Assembly: GCA_900319615.1 (NCBI GenBank)
Contig: ONPE01000005.1
Coordinates: 1-36,652 of the forward strand
Direction of reading: 5' to 3'
Length of the DNA: 36,652 bases
From: an uncultured Eubacteriales bacterium
GTDB lineage: Bacteria; Bacillota; Clostridia; Oscillospirales; Acutalibacteraceae
Each line of letters begins with the position of its first letter. The stretch's first letter is position 1. Both the position numbers and the translations under genes were made by a program. Under the pieces are notes generated by a model that saw only the letters and a program-made list of their open reading frames with translations, made no database searches and was not told where the DNA came from. Positions 1 through 10,018 of the stretch are shown piece after piece.

Positions 1-416
1 TTCTCGACGATCTCGATATCGAAGCTGCCTGACAGAGCCTTGGCTGCCATCTTTGCAAGCTCGATAAGCACGTTTATACCCAGCGACATATTGCCCGAGT
101 AGAATACGGGTATCTTCATCGCCGCGTCCTTTATCCTCTGCACCTGAGCCTCAGAAAAGCCGGTTGTGCAGATGACAACGGGGATCTTGCGCTCTTCGGC
201 AAAGCCGAGCATATCCTCGAGCACCAGCGGATTTGAGAAGTCGATGATCACATCGGGCTGTTCTTCAACGTCCGCAAAGCTCGTGTAAACGGGATAAATC
301 CTCTCGCCGGCGGCGATATCCACGCCGCAGTTTATCATAACGTCGCTGCGTTCGTTGATACATTCTTCAACGTTCTGCCCCATCTTGCCGAGGCAGCCGT
401 TCAACAGTATATTCAT
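1..416 (-). CDS. dapB: 4-hydroxy-tetrahydrodipicolinate reductase, 5' part (runs off the window)
   Basis: Not in the ORF track; translated by hand from ATG at 416: MNILLNGCLGKMG...DVIIDFSNP...VVICTTG...YSGNMSLGIN...DIEIVE. These are DapB motifs. GGGGGA RBS upstream; lies downstream of dapA. Confidence 0.95.
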   Translation of the reverse strand, partial: MNILLNGCLGKMGQNVEECINERSDVMINCGVDIAAGERIYPVYTSFADVEEQPDVIIDFSNPLVLEDMLGFAEERKIPVVICTTGFSEAQVQRIKDAAMKIPVFYSGNMSLGINVLIELAKMAAKALSGSFDIEIVE

Positions 417-450
417 ATCTTTCCCCCTGAAATAGGTTATTTATACACAG

Positions 451-487
451 ACGGTCATTGTGAAACCGACCGCCTCACAATGACCGT
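451..487. repeat. Perfect 13-bp stem hairpin between dapA and dapB
   Basis: ACGGTCATTGTGA (451-463) / TCACAATGACCGT (475-487), 11-nt loop, no U-tract on the transcribed (-) strand. Confidence 0.75.
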
Positions 488-493
488 AATCAA

Positions 494-1393
494 TCACGCG
501 TATTTGCCGATAAGGTTGTACTTGGCAAGACAATCCTTGAGGTCGTGGTAGCCGGAGTAGCTCATGGGTACCAGCGGCAGCCTGCACTCGCCCGCGTTGA
601 AGCCGATAAGGTTCATGGCAGTTTTGACGGGTATCGGGTTGACGTCTGAGAACATGATGTCCATCAGCTCGACATAGTGGAAGTTGAGCTTGGCAGCCTC
701 GACGAAGTTATTGTTCAGGCACAGCTCGCAGATCTGATGCATCTCCTGCGGACAGAAGTTGGAGAATACCGAGATAACGCCCAAAGCGCCCAGAGACATG
801 AAGGGTACGGTCTGGTCGTCGTTGCCGGAGTAGATATCCAGCTTGTCGCCGCACAAAGAACGCGTCTGGGATACCGACGAGATATCACCGTTAGCCTCCT
901 TGGTAGCGACGATGTTCTCGTGCTTGCAGAGCTCGGCGTAGGTCTTGGGCTTGATGTTGCAGCCGGTACGCGAGGGTACGTTGTACAGTATCAGCGGCAG
1001 GTCGATGTTATCCGCGATGGTCGTAAAATGGCGGATAAGACCTGTCTGTGAGGTCTTGTTATAGTAAGGAGTTACCGAGAGGAGAGCGTCGGCGCCGGAT
1101 GACTCGGCGGATTTGCTCAGCTCGATAGCCGTGCTGGTGTCGTTTGAGCCTGTGCCTGCGATGACGGGGATACGGCCGTTGATGCGCTCGCAGACGAAAG
1201 ACAGCACCTCGCAGTGCTCCTTGACGGTGAGTGTTGCCGCCTCACCGGTGGTGCCGCAGGCGATGATGGCGTCGGTGCCGTTCTCGACCTGGAACTCGAG
1301 CAGACGGGCGAGCTCTTCATAGTTGACGGAGCCGTCGGTATGCATCGGGGTTATCAGGGCAACGCCCGCGCCTTTAAAAATATGCTTTCTCAT
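494..1393 (-). CDS. dapA: 4-hydroxy-tetrahydrodipicolinate synthase
   Basis: 299 aa; GTTGE, TPYYNK, LYNVPSRTG, Schiff-base Lys in ATKEA, NPIPVK. Confidence 0.97.
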   Translation of the reverse strand: MRKHIFKGAGVALITPMHTDGSVNYEELARLLEFQVENGTDAIIACGTTGEAATLTVKEHCEVLSFVCERINGRIPVIAGTGSNDTSTAIELSKSAESSGADALLSVTPYYNKTSQTGLIRHFTTIADNIDLPLILYNVPSRTGCNIKPKTYAELCKHENIVATKEANGDISSVSQTRSLCGDKLDIYSGNDDQTVPFMSLGALGVISVFSNFCPQEMHQICELCLNNNFVEAAKLNFHYVELMDIMFSDVNPIPVKTAMNLIGFNAGECRLPLVPMSYSGYHDLKDCLAKYNLIGKYA

Positions 1394-1435
1394 AGATAAT
1401 CCTCCAATAATTGATCTATGCTGTTATAGTATTTA

Positions 1436-2521
1436 TCAGTCGATGTAGCCCTCTGCACACAGGAGCTCAGCCATCAGCACAGCGCCGCCGGCAGCTCCTC
1501 TGAGAGTGTTGTGGGACATACATACGAATTTCATGTCATACTGGGTATCGGGTCTGAGTCGACCTACCGAAACAGCCATGCCGCCCTCGAGCATACGCTC
1601 GGACTTGATCTGCGGTCTGTCGGGCTCGGTGAAATAGTGCAGGAACTGCTTGGGAGCCGAGGGGAGCTCGAGCTCCTGAGCTCTGCCCTTATAGTTGTTC
1701 CAGATCTCGATGATCTCTTCGACTGAGGGCTTATCCTCTACGCCGAAGTCGATGAACACGGCGGCTGTATGACCGTCGGATACGGGAACACGCAGGCACT
1801 GGGAGGTGATAGCGATATCGTCGGCGTTGACGATCTTGTCGCCTTCGATATGACCCCACAGCTTAAGGGGCTCCTGCTCGCTCTTCTCTTCCTCGCCGCC
1901 GATATACGGGATGAGGTTGTCGACCATCTCGGGCCAGCGCTCAAAGGTCTTGCCTGCGCCTGAGATAGCCTGATATGTACAGGCGAGCACCTTGTTGACC
2001 TTATACTTCTCCTTGAGCGGATGGATAGCCGGGACATAGCTCTGTAAGGAGCAGTTGGATTTTACCGCGATGAAGCCGCGCTTTGTGCCGAGGCGCTTAC
2101 GCTGAGCGTGGATGATCTCGGCGTGCTCGGGGTTGATCTCGGGCACGATCATCGGTACGTCGGGTGTGCCGCGGTTAGCGGAGTTGTTGGAGATAACAGG
2201 GCACTCTGCCTTGGCGTAAGCCTCTTCAAGAGCCTTTATCTCGTCCTTCTTCATATCTACGGCGCAGAATACGAAGTCGACCTTAGCGGCGACAGCCTCT
2301 ACGTCGGCGGCGTCCATCATAACAAGATCCTTGATGTTTTCGGGGATCGGAGCGGTCATAGCCCATCTGCCCTCTACAGCCTCGGCATAGGTCTTGCCGG
2401 CGGAGCGCTTTGAAGCGGCTACGACTACGACCTTGAACCACGGATGATTCTCAAGCAGGAGCGAGAAACGCTGTCCCACCATACCTGTAGCGCCGATGAT
2501 GCCTACATTATAAGTTTTCAT
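1436..2521 (-). CDS. asd: Aspartate-semialdehyde dehydrogenase
   Basis: 361 aa; GATGMVG, catalytic SNC, YQAISGAG, RVPVSDGH, HNTLRGAAG; GGGAGG RBS. Confidence 0.97.
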   Translation of the reverse strand: MKTYNVGIIGATGMVGQRFSLLLENHPWFKVVVVAASKRSAGKTYAEAVEGRWAMTAPIPENIKDLVMMDAADVEAVAAKVDFVFCAVDMKKDEIKALEEAYAKAECPVISNNSANRGTPDVPMIVPEINPEHAEIIHAQRKRLGTKRGFIAVKSNCSLQSYVPAIHPLKEKYKVNKVLACTYQAISGAGKTFERWPEMVDNLIPYIGGEEEKSEQEPLKLWGHIEGDKIVNADDIAITSQCLRVPVSDGHTAAVFIDFGVEDKPSVEEIIEIWNNYKGRAQELELPSAPKQFLHYFTEPDRPQIKSERMLEGGMAVSVGRLRPDTQYDMKFVCMSHNTLRGAAGGAVLMAELLCAEGYID

Positions 2522-2641
2522 AATAAATTCCTCCCAAATTTCAAAAAACAGTTGAGTTTTTAACTATAATAATATATTATGTGATATGATGATCAAGTCG
2601 ATTAGCCATATATTGTATATATATGCTTATAATCAATTATT

Positions 2642-2670
2642 AATATATCATCACTTGAAAGATTTGTCAA
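2642..2670 (-). promoter_or_regulatory. Putative sigma-A promoter of asd-dapA-dapB
   Basis: Minus strand: TTGACA (2670-2665), 17-nt spacer, TATATT (2647-2642). Confidence 0.7.
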
Positions 2671-2835
2671 GGCAACACCGCACAATTCAATGCGCACGTC
2701 TTGCTTGCATATTATTCCGCCATTCTGCCCAAAAATCAGCACCCATACGCCGGTATGCGAACTGATTATTTGTCCACCCTGACGGAAAATCTGACTGCGC
2801 AATCCGCACACCTGAATTATACGGTCTTGCCTTGA
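2667..2835. mobile_element. Non-coding palindromic element (MITE/REP-like)
   Basis: 23-bp terminal inverted repeats matching at 20/23 (2667-2689 vs 2813-2835). Nested arms TTCCGCCA/TGACGGAA, AATCAG/CTGATT and CATAC/GTATG are centred at ~2751. No transposase and no clear target-site duplication. Confidence 0.65.
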
Positions 2836-2870
2836 ATTTCAAATATGTAACTTATTTTGAGGAAAAGCCC

Positions 2871-3857
2871 ATGAAAACAAGTGATTTTTACTATGACCTG
2901 CCGCAGGAATATATAGCGCAGACCCCCATCGAGCCACGGGACCACTCGCGGATGATGGTTCTGCACCGCGACAGCGACGATATCGAGCACAAACACTTCT
3001 ACGATATCATAGATTATCTCGATGAAGGCGACACGCTTATCGTCAACGACAGCCGCGTTATCCCGGCGAGGATTTACGGCTATAAAGAAGATACCGGCGC
3101 AAAGATCGAGTTCCTGCTTTTAAAGCAGCTCGACGGATTACGCTGGGAGACTCTGGTAAAGCCGGGCAAAAAAGCGAAGATAGGCACGCGCTTCATCTTC
3201 GGCGACGGTCTGCTGACCGCCGAGGTAGTAGATATCGTCGACGACGGCAACAGGATCGTAGAGCTGCACAGCGAAGAGAACATCTCCCCCTATATCACGG
3301 AGAAGCTCGAGGATCAGGAGCGCTACCAGACCGTGTACTCGCATGAGCTCGGCTCTGCCGCAGCGCCGACAGCCGGTCTGCACTTTACAAACGAGCTGCT
3401 CGACAGGATCAGGGCAAAGGGTGTCAACATCGGATATGTCACGCTCCATGTGGGTCTGGGTACCTTCCGACCCGTCAAAGTTGACGACGTAACAAAGCAC
3501 AAGATGCACTCGGAGCACTATGAGGTGCCTGCGGAAACAGCCGAGCTCATAAAGGCGACCAAAGCCGCAGGCAAACGAGTTATAGCCGTAGGCACGACCT
3601 CATGCCGGACTTTAGAAAGCGTAGCTGCTACAGGAGAAATCAGAGCCTGCGACGGGTTCACCGATATCTTCATTTATCCGGGCTTTGAGTTCAAGGTGCT
3701 CGACGGGCTCATCACGAACTTCCATCTCCCCGAGAGCACGCTTATCATGCTGGTATCCGCGTTCTACGGGTACGACAAAACGATGAAAGCATACGAGATC
3801 GCCGTGAAGGAAAAATACCGCTTCTTCTCCTTCGGCGACTGCATGGCTATACTGTAG
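2871..3857 (+). CDS. queA: S-adenosylmethionine:tRNA ribosyltransferase-isomerase, with an apparent in-frame deletion of ~12 codons
   Basis: Start ATG 2871 after GAGG. Motifs [52 protein letters not shown]. The conserved G-x-M-P-L-P-P-Y-I motif is reduced to SPYI. Confidence 0.93.
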   Translation: MKTSDFYYDLPQEYIAQTPIEPRDHSRMMVLHRDSDDIEHKHFYDIIDYLDEGDTLIVNDSRVIPARIYGYKEDTGAKIEFLLLKQLDGLRWETLVKPGKKAKIGTRFIFGDGLLTAEVVDIVDDGNRIVELHSEENISPYITEKLEDQERYQTVYSHELGSAAAPTAGLHFTNELLDRIRAKGVNIGYVTLHVGLGTFRPVKVDDVTKHKMHSEHYEVPAETAELIKATKAAGKRVIAVGTTSCRTLESVAATGEIRACDGFTDIFIYPGFEFKVLDGLITNFHLPESTLIMLVSAFYGYDKTMKAYEIAVKEKYRFFSFGDCMAIL

Positions 3858-3872
3858 CAAAGGGATCATAAT

Positions 3873-4990
<1,118 letters not shown>

Positions 4991-4993
4991 TAC

Positions 4994-5022
4994 TTGCAAA
5001 ATCAGACAAATGCTGTTATAAT
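4994..5022 (+). promoter_or_regulatory. Putative sigma-A promoter of yajC
   Basis: TTGCAA (4994-4999), 17-nt spacer, TATAAT (5017-5022) with a TGn extension. Confidence 0.75.
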
Positions 5023-5056
5023 AATTTGGAATCTTTTTGAAAGGGAGTATTTATAT

Positions 5057-5455
5057 ATGGCAAACGCATTTAGCGGAGGTAATCTCTGGCTGACTATACT
5101 TATGTGGGGCGGCCTGCTGGTCGTATTCTATTTCCTGCTTATCCGTCCTAACTCGAAGAAGCAGAAGCGCGAGCAGGAGATGCGCAACAACATCGCCATC
5201 GGCGACGATATCACCACCATCGGCGGTATACAGGGACGCATCATCGCGGTCAAGGAAGACGAGGACGCTTTCGTTATCGAGACCGGTCCCGACAGAACAA
5301 AGATGAAATTCAAGAAGTGGGCTATCTCCAGCGTAGACACGGTAAAGGATACTCCGGAAACTGCGAAGAAGTCCTTCACGGAAAAGCTCGCTGAAAGAAA
5401 GGCCGCTAAAGAAGCCGCTAAGGAAGAAAAAGAAGCTCAAAAGAATAACGAATAA
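5057..5455 (+). CDS. yajC: Preprotein translocase subunit YajC
   Basis: ATG 5057 after GGGAG; N-terminal TM, FYFLLIRP, GDDITTIGGIQG; classic queA-tgt-yajC order; Lys/Glu-rich tail. Confidence 0.93.
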   Translation: MANAFSGGNLWLTILMWGGLLVVFYFLLIRPNSKKQKREQEMRNNIAIGDDITTIGGIQGRIIAVKEDEDAFVIETGPDRTKMKFKKWAISSVDTVKDTPETAKKSFTEKLAERKAAKEAAKEEKEAQKNNE

Positions 5456-5462
5456 TAAACAG

Positions 5463-5497
5463 TCACCCCTGCATACGATGTACAGGGGTGATTTTTT
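5463..5497 (+). terminator. Intrinsic terminator after yajC
   Basis: TCACCCCTG / CAGGGGTGA stem followed by TTTTTT. Confidence 0.75.
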
Positions 5498-5899
5498 ATG
5501 CCTGTTTCCACGACAGATAAAGCAATATGGAAGCCGCTGATGATCGGCGTGCTCGCCGCCGCTTTGATAACTGCGCTGCTGATGTGCATATCCGCAGTTA
5601 TATTAAACCTTATGCCGGCGATCCCGTACGGTATCACGGACTATCTGACCGTCGCTGCAGCCGGTATCGGGGTGTATCTGGGCGCGTATATAGCCTCGGC
5701 GACAGCAAAATGCAAAGGGCTTATCATAGGGCTGCTGTGCGCTTTTGTGATCCTGCTCGCGATAGTCGCTGTCGGATTAAGCTCGGATAAAAGCGATATC
5801 AGCGCTCTGACCGCTATCCGCGCGGGAGTATTGCTTTTATGCGGAGTTGCAGGAGGTATCCGCGGAGTAAACCGAAAAGAGCATATCCACATAAAGTAA
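5498..5899 (+). CDS. Small 4-TM membrane protein (TIGR04086/DUF3792-like)
   Basis: 133 aa, four hydrophobic segments, KGLIIG and GVAGGIRGVN patterns; usual position after yajC in Clostridia. Confidence 0.75.
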   Translation: MPVSTTDKAIWKPLMIGVLAAALITALLMCISAVILNLMPAIPYGITDYLTVAAAGIGVYLGAYIASATAKCKGLIIGLLCAFVILLAIVAVGLSSDKSDISALTAIRAGVLLLCGVAGGIRGVNRKEHIHIK

Positions 5900-5920
5900 G
5901 AGGGCGTTCAAGCCCTCTTT
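5898..5920. terminator. Hairpin between convergent genes (probable terminator)
   Basis: AAGAGGGC / GCCCTCTT stem with T-rich downstream sequence. Confidence 0.55.
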
Positions 5921-5942
5921 ATGTTTATCTGCGATTCTTTAA

Positions 5943-6806
5943 TCATATTATTCTTTCATATTCTTCCGGCAGTTCGGTATGCAGGATGATCCTTTCCTTT
6001 GTATCCGGATGGATGAAGGAGACGTCCTTACAATGCAGCGCCTGACGATTTATCCGCTCAAGGCTGCCGCCGTACAGATCGTCGCCTGCAAGCGGATGAC
6101 CGATATGGCTCATATGACAGCGTATCTGGTGAGTACGGCCTGTTTCGATAACGACGCGGCATAAGGTGTGCGTTTCCTTATGCTTTATAGGCGTATAATG
6201 AGTTACGGCACTATCGCCGTCGACAGATACGCAGCGTTTGATCTTGCTGTCCGGAGCGAGGGCTATAGGTTCGTTTATGGTACCGGCTTCTTCGATAATA
6301 CCTTCGCACACGGCGAAATACACCTTCTCTACGGTCGGCTTGATCAACGAGTAGCTTATGCGATCCTTCGCTATCAGCACGATACCCGAGGTATCCTTAT
6401 CGAGCCGGTTCAGCGCGCGGAAAATATAGCTCTCTCCCCTGCTCTGCTGATATGCCGAGACCCGGTTCGCGAGCGTATCGAGCTGATGATCCTTCACCGG
6501 ATGCACCGGCATAAAGGCAGGCTTGTCGACCGCGAGCAGCCTGTCGTCCTCAAAGAGTATCGGCGGCATACCGTCGACCGGCTCTATCTCGCTTTGCTCC
6601 TCGGGCAGGCGTATTTCGATGCGATCTCCGGCATACAGGACGTCGTGAGCTTTAAGCAAATCGCCGCCGCGCGTGATGCCAATGCCGGGTTTTTTCAGCA
6701 CTGTCATGGAACGCGCCGTCAGGCCGCAGGTTCGGCGCAGGAACGTTTTGACGTTCTGTCCGTCGTTCTCATGCTCGACGATAAAGGTGAATCTGCCTAC
6801 AGCCAT
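5943..6806 (-). CDS. RluA-family pseudouridine synthase
   Basis: Likely start ATG 6806 (MAVGRF; GGTGA RBS; overlaps the upstream stop). Motifs VDKPA, catalytic NRLDKDTSG, ETGRTHQIR, GHPLAGDDLYG. Confidence 0.93.
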   Translation of the reverse strand: MAVGRFTFIVEHENDGQNVKTFLRRTCGLTARSMTVLKKPGIGITRGGDLLKAHDVLYAGDRIEIRLPEEQSEIEPVDGMPPILFEDDRLLAVDKPAFMPVHPVKDHQLDTLANRVSAYQQSRGESYIFRALNRLDKDTSGIVLIAKDRISYSLIKPTVEKVYFAVCEGIIEEAGTINEPIALAPDSKIKRCVSVDGDSAVTHYTPIKHKETHTLCRVVIETGRTHQIRCHMSHIGHPLAGDDLYGGSLERINRQALHCKDVSFIHPDTKERIILHTELPEEYERII

Positions 6807-7066
6807 AGATGCTTCACCGCGAAAAACAGGATGAGTTCTATAATGAAGATGACAGGAATACCTATCATAAAAAGAGGCTTGCGCGTCTTGTGATGTATCG
6901 TGAGCATCGTCAGGTACATCGCCGGAGCTCCCCCTAAAGCCGATATCAGCATGAGCGTGCGCTCCTTGACGCGCCACGCACCCCTCTGTGCGGCGCTCTT
7001 GTCATGCACGGTCACTATGACCGCGATTATATTTATAACAACCAAATAAATGTAAAAGTATCTCAA
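6797..7066 (-). CDS. DUF1294-family small membrane protein
   Basis: 89 aa, TTG start with GAGGT RBS; DK..A..GAWRVKERTL...GG...HHKTRK signature. Confidence 0.88.
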   Translation of the reverse strand: MRYFYIYLVVINIIAVIVTVHDKSAAQRGAWRVKERTLMLISALGGAPAMYLTMLTIHHKTRKPLFMIGIPVIFIIELILFFAVKHLWL

Positions 7067-7086
7067 AATGACCTCGGAGTGATAAA

Positions 7087-8289
7087 ATGTATTTCAAAAG
7101 ATTTTTGCCCGTATTTTTGTCTGTGCTGTTCTTAGCAGTATCTGTTGTCTATGTATCTGACAAGCCCGTACCGTTGGCTGTGTCCAAAAAGGCAACTGCC
7201 GACTCGCCGACCGTACGGCATCGCGATATGCGCGGAGTATGGGTGACCTATATGACACTCGACGTCGAGGATGAAGCAGACAAAGAAACGGCGTTCAAAG
7301 CACGCGTAGACGATATCATCGGGTATATGAGCGATAACTCTCTGAATACGATGATCGTGCAGGTCAGACCGTTCTGCGACGCGATCTATCCGTCAAAGCA
7401 CTTCCCGTGGTCGCACATCCTTACAGGGACTCAGGGAGAGGATCCGGGTTACGATCCGCTGCAGTATATCATCGACCGCTCGCATGAGAGCGATATCTCC
7501 GTGCACGCGTGGATAAATCCGTACCGTATAGCGACCGCACAAACGCCGTCTGAGCTCTGCGAAAACAACCCCTACATCAGGGAGCCCGATATCGGAGTAC
7601 AGGTCAACGACGGACTGTATCTTGATCCGGCGTCCGAAAAAGCCCGGGAGCTTATAGTCAAGGGCGTCTGCGAACTTGCACAGAGGTACGATATCGACGG
7701 TATACAGTTCGACGATTACTTCTATCCGCCCGACTGCGGCGACTTTGACAAAGAGGCTTATGAAGCGTACAAACAAAACGCCGACTCTCCCCTGTCGCTC
7801 GAAGACTACCGCAAGGATAACGTCAGCAGGCTGATAAAAGCGGTGTATGAAGCAGCTCATAAGGCGAAGCCGGATATCAGCTTCGGGGTATCTCCGCAGG
7901 GCAATCTGAAAAACAACGACGGCATATACGCGGATGTAGCCAAGTGGTGCACCGAGAGCGGCTATATCGACTACATCTGTCCGCAGCTGTACTACTCGCT
8001 GGATAATCCGGCGCTCCGCTTTGAACAAGCGCTCAGAGAATGGCAGGCTTTGGACATGGCTGACGGTATCTCACTGTATATCGGTCTGCCGGTATATAAG
8101 GCAGGAACCGACGCCGACGGCGGCACATGGCTCGACAACGACGATATCCTGCTCACCGAAGTAAAGATATGCGAAGAGAGCGGCGCTGACGGCTTCATGC
8201 TGTACAGCTACGACAGCCTTTTCAACGAAGAGAGCTCGGATGAAGTCAAAAACGTAATGAATTATCTTACCGGCTCACCCGTGCAGTAA
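7087..8289 (+). CDS. Secreted glycoside hydrolase, family 10-like (GHL10/YddW/DUF187)
   Basis: Signal peptide; MRGVWV, QVRPFCDAIYPS, VHAWINPYR, YDIDGIQFDDYFYP, IDYICPQLY. Confidence 0.88.
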   Translation: MYFKRFLPVFLSVLFLAVSVVYVSDKPVPLAVSKKATADSPTVRHRDMRGVWVTYMTLDVEDEADKETAFKARVDDIIGYMSDNSLNTMIVQVRPFCDAIYPSKHFPWSHILTGTQGEDPGYDPLQYIIDRSHESDISVHAWINPYRIATAQTPSELCENNPYIREPDIGVQVNDGLYLDPASEKARELIVKGVCELAQRYDIDGIQFDDYFYPPDCGDFDKEAYEAYKQNADSPLSLEDYRKDNVSRLIKAVYEAAHKAKPDISFGVSPQGNLKNNDGIYADVAKWCTESGYIDYICPQLYYSLDNPALRFEQALREWQALDMADGISLYIGLPVYKAGTDADGGTWLDNDDILLTEVKICEESGADGFMLYSYDSLFNEESSDEVKNVMNYLTGSPVQ

Positions 8290-9554
8290 TCGTCAAAAGC
8301 CCCGGTCAGCCTTACGTTGATTATCTCGCCGCTTTGTATGTTGTCGTCGGCGACTCTGACCTTGGTATAATTCATAGTAAAGCCCTCGAAAAAGCCGTCC
8401 TTAGCTCTGGTCTCGAACAGAACCGGCTGTATCAGACCGACCTGACTTTCCATAAAACGTCGCTGTGAAGCCAGCGTGCGCTCTATCATTATATCGGCGC
8501 GCTCATGCTTGACGCGCTCAGGGATATGACCGTCCATCTTATCTGCGGCGGTACCCTTCCTGCGCGAATACGGGAATACGTGTGTCTTTGCGAAGCCGAT
8601 CTTCTCGCAAAACTCAACCGAGGCAGTGAAATCCTCGTCTGTCTCGCCGACAAAGCCGACCATGACGTCGGTGGTAATCGACGGATTATCGAACAAGCTG
8701 CGGATATCGCCGACTATGCGCTCATACTCGGCGGTATCATAGTGGCGGCGCATACGGCGCAGGGTGCTGTCGCAGCCTGCCTGTAAGCTGAGATGGAAGT
8801 GCGGACAGAACTTTCCCTGTGCTGCGAGCCGTTTGAGGATATCGCCGGTCATCCTCTCGGGCTCGATTGAGCCGAGCCTCACGCGCTCGATACCGTCGAC
8901 GGCGCATACCGCTTCGACAGCGTCGGCTATATCGAGATCGAACTCCTGACCGTAGGCGCTTAGATTGATGCCGACAAGTACGACCTCCTTAAAGCCGTTC
9001 GCGGCAAGCTCCGAAGCCTCGGCTTTGAGCTCATCGAGGGGCTTCGAGCGTACTCTGCCGCGTGCGTAAGGGATGATGCAGTAGGAGCAGAAGCGATTGC
9101 AGCCATCCTGGATCTTGATGCAGGCGCGCGTGCGCTCATGGAAAGCGCTGATGCGCATGGGCTCGAACTTCTCGTCGCGTGTATGCTCGCCGATACGGAT
9201 GATCGGCTGACGACTCTGCAAAAACTCATCTATCGCATCGACGATATCGCGACGCGCCGTGTTGCCCATCACGATATCGCAGCCGTCGAAAAGCTCGGTA
9301 TCATCCGCGAAAGCCTGCGGCATACAGCCGCACAGCACCAGCACGCAGTCGGGATTCTCCCTGCGGATACGGTGGATATACTTGCGGTTCTTCGCGTCGC
9401 CGGTAGAGGTTACGGTGCAGGAGTTGACAATGCAGACGTCTGCACAGCGGTGATCCGCAGCCGCCTCATAGCCGGACGCTGTCAAAAGCTCAGCCATAAG
9501 CTCCGACTCATATTGATTCACTTTACATCCGAGGGTAACGATATAGTATTTCAA
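8262..9554 (-). CDS. mtaB: tRNA t6A37 methylthiotransferase
   Basis: TLGCKVNQYES and NSCTVT (UPF0004 domain), radical SAM CNRFCSYC, HVFPYSRRKGT; TTG start. Confidence 0.93.
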   Translation of the reverse strand: MKYYIVTLGCKVNQYESELMAELLTASGYEAAADHRCADVCIVNSCTVTSTGDAKNRKYIHRIRRENPDCVLVLCGCMPQAFADDTELFDGCDIVMGNTARRDIVDAIDEFLQSRQPIIRIGEHTRDEKFEPMRISAFHERTRACIKIQDGCNRFCSYCIIPYARGRVRSKPLDELKAEASELAANGFKEVVLVGINLSAYGQEFDLDIADAVEAVCAVDGIERVRLGSIEPERMTGDILKRLAAQGKFCPHFHLSLQAGCDSTLRRMRRHYDTAEYERIVGDIRSLFDNPSITTDVMVGFVGETDEDFTASVEFCEKIGFAKTHVFPYSRRKGTAADKMDGHIPERVKHERADIMIERTLASQRRFMESQVGLIQPVLFETRAKDGFFEGFTMNYTKVRVADDNIQSGEIINVRLTGAFDDYCTGEPVR

Positions 9555-9599
9555 ATAAAATCACCACGAAATAATGAGTATTATTATGCGAATTTGCTG

Positions 9600-9628
9600 T
9601 TGATAACGGTCGAAAACAGTGCTAAAAT
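9600..9628 (+). promoter_or_regulatory. Putative sigma-A promoter of the HPr-like gene
   Basis: TTGATA (9600-9605), 17-nt spacer, TAAAAT (9623-9628) with TGn. Confidence 0.65.
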
Positions 9629-9659
9629 TAGTACGTCAAAAATGACGCGGAGGTACGAT

Positions 9660-9890
9660 ATGTATAGCACAAAGATTTCAATAAAAGGCGTGGACGCAGC
9701 AAGAAAATTCGTCTCGATGACCGCAAAGTATCCGAAGATAAAGATCACGCTGAATCACAACGAGTATTCCATAGACGCTCACTCTATCATCGGCATCCTG
9801 TCGCTCGATCTTACCAAGCCGATTTTGCTTGAAGCCGAGGGCGATGACATGGACGCCTTTATCGAGGATCTGAAACCTTTTACAGTATAA
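9660..9890 (+). CDS. HPr-family protein lacking the His15 motif
   Basis: 76 aa from ATG 9660 with GGAGG RBS (3' end of ORF 9138-9890); IDAHSIIGILSL resembles the HPr Ser46 motif. Confidence 0.85.
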   Translation: MYSTKISIKGVDAARKFVSMTAKYPKIKITLNHNEYSIDAHSIIGILSLDLTKPILLEAEGDDMDAFIEDLKPFTV

Positions 9891-9913
9891 CATAAATCAT
9901 CATATTGTCAAAT

Positions 9914-9948
9914 CAAGCGCCTGAGTCAATGCTCGGGCGCTTGTTTGT
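9914..9948 (+). terminator. Terminator of the HPr-like gene
   Basis: CAAGCGCCTGAG / CTCGGGCGCTTG stem followed by TTTGT. Confidence 0.7.
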
Positions 9949-9953
9949 GTAAC

Positions 9954-9981
9954 AAAAAGGGGCAGACCGGAGTCCGCCCCT
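9954..9981 (-). terminator. Terminator of the amylase gene
   Basis: GC-rich hairpin AGGGGCAGAC-CGGA-GTCCGCCCCT next to an A-run, which is a U-tract on the minus strand. Confidence 0.7.
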
Positions 9982-10018
9982 CGTGTTTAGATCATACTTT
10001 TATGCTTTCGGATGATAA

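Noticed and set aside
2522-2640. Lysine riboswitch upstream of asd-dapA-dapB
   Set aside because: The predicted leader is only ~115 nt, very AT-rich, and lacks the multi-stem L-box pattern and a terminator.
2836-2870. preQ1 riboswitch upstream of queA
   Set aside because: No recognisable preQ1 stem-loop and A-rich tail consensus.
6807-6977. N-terminal extension of RluA given in the ORF track
   Set aside because: It overlaps the DUF1294 gene in another frame; ATG 6806 has an RBS and gives a normal length.
9138-9659. 250-aa ORF extending the HPr-like gene
   Set aside because: Mostly antisense to mtaB; the real start is ATG 9660 with its own RBS and promoter.
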